A DNA stretch of 64,000 bases from Hyaloraphidium curvatum SAG 235-1. Lineage: Eukaryota > Fungi > Monoblepharomycota. The translations under genes and the position numbers were made by a program. A model generated the notes under the pieces. It did no database searches and had not been told where the DNA came from. It saw only the letters and a list, made by a program, of their open reading frames with translations. This document shows, in pieces, positions 55,059 to 64,000 of this stretch. The stretch's first letter is position 1, and every line of letters starts with the position of its first letter. The stretch lies in assembly GCA_025558095.1 (NCBI GenBank), contig JAIVFI010000006.1, forward strand, positions 845,728 through 909,727, written 5' to 3'.

Positions 55059-57618
55059 TCACCGCCTCGCCGCCTTCTTCCGAAAGTCCGGGCTCCCCAG
55101 CCCCTTCCACTTGCGTATCTCCTTGGCCTTGAGCACGTCCGGCCGCACCCCCTCCCCGCGCTCGTACATCCGCGCCAGCTCCTCGCAGCACTCGGGCTGC
55201 CCCCTCTCCGCGCCCACGTTGTACAGCGCCAGCACCGTCTTGAGCTCGTTGTCCTTGCGGTACGCCTCGGCCAGGTAGCGCACGGCCTTGATCGACGGGC
55301 CGCGGTCGTTGTACACCAGGTCCGCGAGCCACCTGAACGCCGCGTCGCGGAGCGCCTCGATCAGCCGGTAGAGGTCGCGCGAGGGGCGGCCGGATGCCTG
55401 CTGCAGCTCGTTTGAGCGGTCGATCCACGATACGGCCTGGAGGTACTGCTCGTCAGGGGGCATGCGCGCGCGGCGGTGGCCGAGCTCGGCGATCTCGTTA
55501 AGGCCCTCCTCGAGCTGCCAAGCGAGGGTGGTCAGACGCCAAATCGGGCAGGCGGAGCGCGGACAAACCATCGCCTTTTCGTCCACCGCCTGCTCGCCCT
55601 CCCCGCCGGCATCCGCCGCCACCTCCACCGGCTCCCCCAGCGCCGCCGGGGGATGCCCCAGCGACGGCACGGGCGACACGGGCGACGGCGGCTCCCTCGG
55701 CGGCACGGGCGGCCCCGGCCTCGGCGCCCCGCTCGGCGGCCTCGGCGGCGGCGCCGGCGCAACGCTCCCGGGCCTCGCAGCCAGCGCCCCGACCGCCTGG
55801 GGCGGCACGGGAACCCCGCTACCCGGCCTCCCCCTCGCGCTCAGCTCCGCCTCCAATCTCCGTATGTTCTCCTCCCGCGCCGCGATCTCCCCCGCACGGC
55901 GGGCCTCCTCCTCCTTGGCGGCCGCCACGAGCGCCGCCAGCCGGCGCTCCTGGTCCTCCAGCGCTTCCAAATAGGGGTCGCGGGATTCCGGCAGGGCGGG
56001 GGTGACGTTGAGTGCGGGGGGCGTGGAGCGGGGGAAGGTGCTCGCGCCGCCAGCGGGGAGAACAGGGTCCGAGGTCCAGGCAAGGTCGCCCGAGGGTGGG
56101 GGCAGCGCGGCGTCCGATGTGGCGGAGCGGCGGGTGGGGGGTGGGGGTGCGGGGCCGGGGAAGAAGTCGGAGGCGGTGCGGGTGACCGGATAGCCGGAAC
56201 CCAGGGGGGGTGCGCCGGGGGAGCTCGGCGAGGGGGGGCGCAGGCCGCCTCCGGGGTGCGCGTAGGCTTCCATGTCGGAAGTTGTGCGGTGGATCGGGTA
56301 GCCTGCGCCGGGGCCGCCGGCGGGGGGGAGGCCGGGGAGGACGACGCCGCCGCCCGAGGGGCGGGGCCGGGGAAGGTAGACGTCCAGCGGTTCGCCCGGC
56401 CCCGGTTGAAAGCCCACCGCCTGGCCGTTGAGCGGAGTCGACTCGACCCGCACCCTCACGTCCTCGACCCTCCGCCGCGTCTCGTCCAGCCGACGCCGGT
56501 CGGCTTCGAGCTTGGCCTGCTGCTCGATCTGCGCGCGCACCTCGTCGTCGCGCCGCCTCCGTTCGTCCTCGGCCCTCCGCCTCAGCTCTGCCCGCCGGGA
56601 TTCCTCCTCGGCCCTGCTCCGCTCCTGCACGTCCCTGACGAGGAGCTCCTCGATCTCGGCCTGTTGGCGTTCGCCCTCCCGCGCCGAGTGCTGCGACCTG
56701 CGCTCCCTGTCCAGCCGCTGGTCCAGCCCGATGGCGCGGAAGAGCAGGTCGTCCCTCCGCGTCTCCAGCGGGCGGTCGCCCGGGTCCAGAACGAGCGCCT
56801 GCAGCCGCGCCTGGGCGCCCGCGATGTCTGCCACGAGCCGGAAGTACGGCTCGTTGGGCGGGACCCGCGGCAGGTCCGGGGAGAGCGAGCCGCCGTCGAG
56901 CACCTCGAATGCCAGGCGGGGGAGGGCGCGCAGGCGGCGGTCGAGCTCGTCGAGCTCCGAGGCGAGGATGGCGAGGGAGGTCTGCGCGTCGAGGGCCGGC
57001 AGGGAGGCGGAGGGTGGCGGAGGGAGCGGTGCCCCGGGACCAGTGTTGGGGCGGGCCGGCGGGGGCCTCGACGGGGCGGCGGGCGGCACCCGCGACTGCC
57101 CCCGCAGCGGCGCGACCAAGTTGGCGAGGAACGATGTCCGCGGGGCCGCCGGGGTGGCGGGCGCCGACTCCTCTGCGACGGCGGCGGCGAGGTCGTCCTC
57201 CTTCTTGGCGGCCAGCACATCCAGCAGGGACGCGGCCTCGGCGGCGAGCATCAGCCGCCGGTCCGCGAGGTCGTCGCCGCCGCCGGTCGCGCTCTCGGCC
57301 TGCGCCTTGATGTCCTGCAACGCGCGCTCCGCGGCCTTGAACGCGGCGTTCTAACCCGACGCCACCAGGCCCACGCGGCCCGCGCAGAACACGGTTTCAA
57401 ATCGATATCAAATCGAGGCAGAAAAGATATCCCCGGGTCAAAAGGGAGGGGTTAGGAGGAGTGAGACGTCACAGGGACGGCCTCGCGGTGCCCACCTGCT
57501 GCGCGCCCGACACCTGCCCGCCCTCGAACGCCAGCCGCGTGCGCCGAAGCCGCGGCAGCTCCGTGTCGCGCACCGCCGCCAGCCGCGCCTCGGCACGCCG
57601 CACCGCCGCGTCCGCCAT
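55059..57618 (-). CDS. Two BAG-like helical domains + coiled coil + Pro-rich region + SEL1-like repeats, spliced
   Basis: Intron 57351-57495 links MADAAVRR.. to NAAFKAA..; C-terminal LARMYERGEGVRPDVLKA. Confidence 0.75.
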
Positions 57619-57793
57619 CGCGCCCCGCGGTTTGCTGGGTCCGCAGTCCCTTGCACGCGCTCCCTGCCAAAGCAGGCTGTGCCCGATCGTGCCATCCGTC
57701 CGCTGCATTACCGACGCGGGCAACGCCGCAAGGAGCCGAAAGCGTCCGTGCGACGCGACGAGGGGCACGGAGTCCATTCTTCGCCATCCGCAT

Positions 57794-60278
57794 TCACAGC
57801 CTGGCCTCCAGCGCCTGCAGCCGCTGGTACACCTCCGGGAACCGCGGCCTGTCCTCCGGCCTCTCCTTCCAGCAGTCCTCCATGATGGCCCACAGCTCCT
57901 CGTTCGCGCCCTCGGGCTTGCTCGGCCGCTTGCCCTCCACCCGGACCAGCTTCATGATCTGCGCGGGCGGCGGGGTCGTCGGATGCGGCGGGCACGGCAC
58001 GATGGGGAGGACCCACCATGGGCTGGTTGCCCCTGGCCTCGTAGAACGGGAAAAGGCCCTTGCTCACCACCTCGTACGCCACCATCGCGAAGGCGTACAC
58101 GTCGGCCGGCGGCTTGAGTGACTGCGTGTACAGCTCGGGCGCCTGGCGGCCAAAGATGGATGAGCGCTCCGACCGCCCGCACCACCTCCCAGCCGAACGA
58201 ACCATGAAACCGGGAGTCCCGCCCCACCCCTGCCCCGACATGGTCAGCGCCACCCGGTCCCTCAGCCTCGACATGCCGAAATCCGTGATCAGCGCCCTCC
58301 CGTCGTCCACCAGGATGTTGTACGCCTTCAAATCGCCGTGTAGCACCGGCGTCGGGAGCGAGTGCAGGTAGGCCATCCCCAGCGCGACCTCCTTGAGCAG
58401 CTTCACGCCGATCTTGAGGTCCCAGTTGCGCTTGGAGAGGTACGTGCGGAGGTTGCCCTCCCGGACGAGCGCCGAGATCATCATGGGAGGGTCCTCGCAG
58501 TAGGCCATGAGCGGCAGCACTGCCCCGCGGGGTCCGTCAGTCGAGGCACACACCCCCCCGCCGCGACCGACCCACCGTGCTTGTGCCGCAGCTTCTGCCA
58601 TATCCGCACCTCCTTCTTGAAATCCGCCCGCGTGCGCTCGTCCACGTTGCCCTTGATCACCTTGACCGCGACCTCGTTGAAGTCGAACAGCACGCCCTGG
58701 TACACCACCCCGAACCCGCCCGCGCCGAGCTTCTGGGTCTCGTCGTAGACCACCTTGGACGCCTCGATCCGCAGGTCGTCGGGCTCTTCGGAGCGGGGGC
58801 CGGAGCCGCCGGTCGCGGGGGTCGGGGGGGTCGCGGGGGAGCCGCCGGCGCCGGCGGGGGAGCCGTGCCGGTCCGGCTGCGGGGGGTCGGGGGAGATGAG
58901 CATCACCGGGGGGGAGGCCGGAGGGACGACCACGGGCCGCCGGACGGGCGGCGCGGGGGGCGGGTACGCGGGCTTGGGGGGGAGGGCGGCGGCCTGCGCG
59001 GCGGGGGCGTCGTCGGGCCGGGGGCGGAGGTTGGCGGGGGCCGCGGCAGGTGGGGGGATGAATTGCTGCGGGGGGCGGAAGACGGGGGGGTGCACGCGGG
59101 GGGCGGGGATCGGGGCCGGCGGGCCGTCGATCGGCGAGAAGGGGAGCCCGGCGGGGGGCCCCTGCTGGAGCGGCATGGGGATCGGCGCCGGGACGGGCCC
59201 CGCGGCGCCGACGACGGGCGACTGGGGTGGTACCGCCTCGTCCGACTTGCGGTCGTCGACCTTGCGGTGCCCAAAGATGTTGCCCAGGCCGCCAAACAGC
59301 TTGTGGCCGCCGGCGGGCGCAGGCTTGTCCGGGCCAGCGTTGTTGCCCCCGAAGATGGCGTTCCGCTTGGCGGCGACGTTGCCAGTGGCAGGGCGGCCCG
59401 CGGCGGGGGCGGCGGGAGGGGGAGGGGATGCCGGCCGCTGTACCTCGGGCTTCGGCACGTCCGAGAGGCGGTTGGCCGCCGGCGGCCGGGGGATCTCCGG
59501 CTGGGGAATGTTGGAGTACCGGTTCGGCCACTGCGGGGGCACGGCCGGTGACGGGAGCAGCGACCCCTGCGCCCTCTGCTGGCCCGCGGGCGAGGCGGGA
59601 ACCGGGCTCCCCAAGTCGCCGCCCGAACCCACCCGCCCGAACGGTGTCCCCCGGTGTTCAGCCACCACATCTGGGACCAGCACCGGGGAGGCGTTGGGCG
59701 GGTCCGAAAACACGCGGTAGATGTTGCGGCCGTCGGGCGCCTTCGCGGGTTGTGCGTCGGGGTGCAGCGGCGGGCGCGGGTTGCCCCGCGAGATCTCGTA
59801 CTCGTGCTCGACGCGCGAGTTGAGCTTGTCGAGCAGGTCGGTCGAGCGCTCCATGAGCGAGTTCCAGCGGTCGAAGAGGGTGAACTCGGAGATGGGCACG
59901 TCGAGCGAGGCGATGGACGCCTGGATCTCGCTCAGCTGCCGCCGCACGGTGTTGAACGACACGTTCTGAATAAGTGGAGGGTTTTGGCGGGGCGAGTTGG
60001 GGGGGATCCGGGCCGATGGGGGCGCGATGGGGGGTTGCGGGTCGGGGCCAGAGCGGGTTAGTGGGGGACGGCGGGCGGCCCGCGCCACCCACGTTCGGGT
60101 CGTTTGCCGGGAGCTCGCCCTCGAGCGCGCCGCGCAGGTCGCTCGGCAGCGACAGCGGCATCGTCAGCGCCTCGGGCACGGCATGGCGCGAGAGGGTGTC
60201 CAAGTGCGAGTCGAACACGTTGATCTGGCTGACGACGCTCGCCAGAGCGCCGTCCTGGCTGTCGGAGTAGTCCGACAT
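57794..60278 (-). CDS. BAG-like N-terminal domain + Pro-rich linker + TKL protein kinase, 4 introns
   Basis: LGAGGFGVVY, VAVK, HGDLKAYN, DFG, APE, DVYAF; first intron 59966-60092. Confidence 0.88.
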
Positions 60279-60487
60279 GGCTATCGGCGCGGGGCGGAGG
60301 GGCCCGGAGGCCGCCGGCGCCGCGGGGGAGGGGGATGACGAGCGGTCTCGGTCGGCGCAGCGGCGCAAGACCCGTGCCGCGGCGCGCACCGATCTCGCTC
60401 GTCGAAACACGGGGACCACAAAACATGGTTCGGAACGTTTCATTGCCATCGGATTTCGACGATCTCGGTGTCGCTTGCCGGGATTCG

Positions 60488-62450
60488 TCACGCGAGCACG
60501 TCCCAGTAGCTCCCCTCGGGCCTCTTCCGTTCCGGCAGCTCCCTCTCGAGCCCGGCCGCGACCGCCATCAGCACGTCCTCGTCCCACCACTTGCCCGCGA
60601 TCTGCAACGCAACAGGCATCCCCTCCTCCGTCGGATCGCGCTCCCCGCCGAGGTACCCCACCGGAACGACCACCGCCGGGAGCCCGAGGAAGTTGCAGAA
60701 CCCGGTGAAGAACAGCCCCGCCACCGTCGACGACGGCGTGCTGGCCCCGTGCACCTCGTCGCCCTCGTGGATCGGGAACCCGACGTTGCCCGTCGCCGGC
60801 GTCACGATCACGTCGTACTCGGCAAAGACGCCCGCCGCGAGGTCCATCCCGCGGTGCCGCATCCGAAGCGCCTGGAGGTAGTCCCCCGCCGTGAACGTGC
60901 GGGTGAAGCCGAGGAGCTCGTAGCGGAGCTGCGGGGATAGGAGCTCCCACGGGGTCTTGGCGGCGCTCCCGGCGGGGATCGGGAGGTTGTCCGCCGACGT
61001 GGCCATCTCGGAGACGGCAGAGACGAACTGCCCGCGCTTGATCTGGTGAAGCTCGGGGAACTGGAACTCGGTGACCGTGTGGCCGAGCCGGTCGAGGGCG
61101 TCGACCGCGCGGCGGCAGATGGCTTCCATGCCGGGGTGCTTCAGACCCGCCCAGAGGTTGGTCGGGACACCAATCTTGAGGCCCGTGGGAGGGTGGAGCA
61201 GGGCGTACACGTGGGGAGGGGGCTGCGGCGCGGTGAGCGGGTCCGTGTCCGACTTGCCCGCGACGGCCAGGTACTGTAAGGTGGGAGCGAGGTCAGCTTC
61301 GGGCGGCTGAAGGGGCGCGGGGCCGACGACGAACCGTGAGGGCGAGGTCGCCGACGGTCGCCGAGTGGATGCCCTTGGTCGCCATCGAGAGCTGGCCGCC
61401 GTCGGGACCGAGCGTGAGCCGGCCGCAAGTCGGCTTGAGCCCCACGAGCCCGCAGTACGCCGACGGGATCCGGACCGAGCCGCTGGATGGAAGAATCAGC
61501 CCCCGCCAAGCACGGTCCGCGAGATAGCAGCCCACCCCGCGTCTCCCCCTAGGCTCACGGGGGCGATCCCCGCCGCCACGCTCGCGGCGCTCCCTCCGCT
61601 CGACCCGCCCGACGTCCGGTCGAGGTTGTACGGGTTCCGCCCGGGGCCAGAGAAGGGGTTGATCCCGTTGATGTCCCAGCCGAGCTCGTGCTGTCGAGGG
61701 CGGTGAGTCGCCGACAGAACGGCCACAAGGATTGCAACGTACCATGTTCGTGATCCCGGCAATCAGGGCGCCAGCATCGCGGAGGCGGCCAACGAGCTCG
61801 GCGTCGTAGGTAGAGGGCGAGCCGCGGCAGAGGAAGGCGGTGCCCTGGCGACACTCGTAGCCCTTGACGGCAAAGTTCTCCTGTGCACCGGTGACGGGTA
61901 GTTGCGTCAATGGCCGCTTCAAAGACGGACGCGCCAGCCGGCCCACCTTGATGGTCACGGGTACGCCGTCCAGCGGCCCGATGGCCTTGCCCTCCTTCCA
62001 TCTCGCGGCGCTCTCCTTTGCCGCCCGCCGCACGTCCTCCTCGTCCACCTGAACCACGGCACGCAGCGGCTTCGCCCCAGCGTTCGACTCGCGAATCGCG
62101 GCCAGCACCTTCTCCGCCACCTTTTCCGGGTCCGTCGAGCCCGACGCGTACGCGGCGTTGAACTCGGAAACGGTCCGGAACGCGAAGCCCGACGAAGCCG
62201 GTGGGGGACACAGCGCGCCCCAACCCCCGCCGAGCAGCGCCGCCCCGGCCTGGTCCGCCTTGAGCGCGTGCGCGTCCCACGCCTCTGCAGACGCGTGGCG
62301 GACCGGGAAGAAAACCGGCGCCTCGTCCAGCTGCGGGATGTCACGCTCGTAGGTCCACCTCGGGGTGTCGCCCGCGAGCATCTTCGCGGCGGCCGCGGCG
62401 AGCGCGTCGCCGGAGAGGCGGTAGGGGTCGGAATCGTGCGGCCGCGACAT
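60488..62450 (-). CDS. Amidase-signature family protein (fatty acid amide hydrolase-like), spliced
   Basis: GPLDGVPVTIK, RNPYNLDRTSGGSSGGSAA, GGDAG/GSVRIPS, GLKPT, NFLGLPAVVVPVG. Confidence 0.9.
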
Positions 62451-62637
62451 GCTTCGCGATGAGGACGGGATCGAAGGGCGGAAGGGGTCAGCGGTCGACG
62501 CGATGAGGCGCCGTCGGTCCGTCAGCCTCCCGGCGGCTGAAGGTCCTATACCCTGGACCGGGTTGCGAACGGCGTTCGGAAGCCTTGCCATCACTTGCCA
62601 AACGCAGGAACCAGACTCCCCTGGCGGGACGGCGGAC

Positions 62638-63876
62638 ATGGCGGCAGCGCTGTCAGCAAGCGCTGTCAAGCAGACCGAAGTTATCTCGATCGAATCCGGG
62701 GCCGCGATGCCCGAAGCCGCGAAGGTCCCCCAACCCTCCGCCGGACCCCCCACTCAGGGACCCCTCGCCGCGCAGCCGACCGAGGCTGAGGCGGCCGTGC
62801 CGACCGCTGCAACCGCGCAGCCTGTCGCACCCGCCAGCGCAGCCGCCGCAGCCGCCGCGCAGGCCGGGGCTCCCGCCCCAAACGCCGCCACCGGCGACCG
62901 CCGCCCGGTTGCGGGCCCTACGCTGCCCCCCGCGCAGCCCACCTACGCCGCGACTCTCAACCCGACGTCGCGTATCATCTCCTTCGCCGCACCTGCGACG
63001 GCCATGTCCCTCCTCGAGGAATCGCACCTCATGAAGTGCGGTGCTCCCGCGAAGCTCCCCGACTCCGCCTTCGGCGCGGGGGCGCCATACCTACCTCGCC
63101 TTCACGATGCGCCCATGGTAGCGCTTGACCTCGGCAGGGGCCCTGAGAACATGTCCCTCCACATGGCGCAGAGCCTCGTGGGGCCGGTGCTGAAAACCTG
63201 CCTTGGCGTGGCCGCGGACGCACGCTTCACCTGGGTCGCCAAGCTGCGATTCGGGCCGAACGGGTACCCCTGGTTGTACCTCATCCCGACGGAGGGCTCG
63301 CCCGCCGACCGGGATCAGTTTGTCAAGACTCTGGAAGATCAGAAGTTCCTGCCCATCAAGCTGCGCTCCGGCACGGACTGGAGGATCCGCATCGTGAAGA
63401 CGCTCCGGGAGCACGACCTTCTGGTGCATCTCTACGACTACTACGGGCCACAGAACCCGGCCCAGACGACGTTCTTCCAGTGGCTGACGGCCAACCTCTC
63501 GGCTTACATTCACCACCCCGTGTCGGAGTACCGCTTTGAGGAGCGGGCCGCACCCGCCGGCAACTGCGATCGCCTCTCCTTCGTTGTCCACTGCGAGAGT
63601 GCGTACGATCGCCTGATGGTTCTGCAGTTCCTCCAACACGGAGATCGTTTGTCGATCCCGTACGAGTTCGACGAGCTCGGACGCCCGGTCGGTCCTACCT
63701 TCCCAGTGCGCGTATGCTATGACCACTTGGAGGAGCGGATGCCGAAGTTCACGTTGGGCAACAAGTCTTTGGGAGGCACCAATGGCCGCCAGCTGCCCCG
63801 CGAGAGCGCGCCCCGCGAGACATCCAAGGCTCCTGTTGCCCCCGCCGTAGCCCCCACCACTTTTAGGTTAGGTTAG
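62638..63876 (+). CDS. Intronless ORF resembling a retroelement ORF1 (tandem RRM-like fold), truncated by the telomere
   Basis: Ala/Pro-rich N-terminus, two beta-alpha-beta-beta-alpha-beta patterns, codon usage unlike host genes. The frame ends TTT AGG TTA GGT TAG inside the telomere. Confidence 0.5.
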   Translation: MAAALSASAVKQTEVISIESGAAMPEAAKVPQPSAGPPTQGPLAAQPTEAEAAVPTAATAQPVAPASAAAAAAAQAGAPAPNAATGDRRPVAGPTLPPAQPTYAATLNPTSRIISFAAPATAMSLLEESHLMKCGAPAKLPDSAFGAGAPYLPRLHDAPMVALDLGRGPENMSLHMAQSLVGPVLKTCLGVAADARFTWVAKLRFGPNGYPWLYLIPTEGSPADRDQFVKTLEDQKFLPIKLRSGTDWRIRIVKTLREHDLLVHLYDYYGPQNPAQTTFFQWLTANLSAYIHHPVSEYRFEERAAPAGNCDRLSFVVHCESAYDRLMVLQFLQHGDRLSIPYEFDELGRPVGPTFPVRVCYDHLEERMPKFTLGNKSLGGTNGRQLPRESAPRETSKAPVAPAVAPTTFRLG

Positions 63877-64000
63877 GTTAGGTTAGGTTAGGTTAGGTTA
63901 GGTTAGGTTAGGTTAGGTTAGGTTAGGTTAGGTTAGGTTAGGTTAGGTTAGGTTAGGTTAGGTTAGGTAGGTTAGGTTAGGTTAGGTTAGGTTAGGTTAG
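63863..64000 (+). repeat. Telomeric (TTAGG)n array, about 27 copies, with one TAGG variant near 63968
   Basis: Tandem TTAGG runs to the end of the window, with the G-rich strand pointing outward. Confidence 0.97.

Noticed and set aside
1-64000. tRNA or rRNA genes
   Set aside because: None recognised by eye; tRNAscan-SE or Infernal would be needed to exclude small RNAs.

Overview
GC-rich, gene-dense eukaryotic chromosome end. Most introns are short (about 50-60 nt, GT..AG, CTGAC/CTAAC/CTCAC branch sites), and the window ends in a (TTAGG)n telomere at 63863-64000. The gene content (DUF4360, CorA/ALR, PNG1, TKL kinases, F-box/LRR) suggests an early-diverging, chytrid-like fungus; this is inference, not a database result. 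About 28 intact protein genes can be reconstructed, many spliced across the ORF-track fragments, plus several degenerate relics. Highlights: (1) a head-to-head pair of Cys-less pentameric ligand-gated ion channel genes with an extra fifth TM segment, about 5 kb from a bacterial-type amino-acid decarboxylase; (2) three genes sharing an N-terminal three-helix (BAG-like) domain, each split at the same codon by an unusually long intron whose branch point lies 91-101 nt from the 3' splice site; (3) an immune-like set (two LRR-coiled-coil-TKL kinases and an MLKL-like/vWA protein) sharing an AATCCCTT..(GTCA)4 upstream motif; (4) a 5'-truncated Naiad/Chlamys-type Penelope-like reverse transcriptase; (5) a retroelement ORF1-like gene whose stop codon is supplied by the telomere. 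All family calls come from motif recognition by eye.
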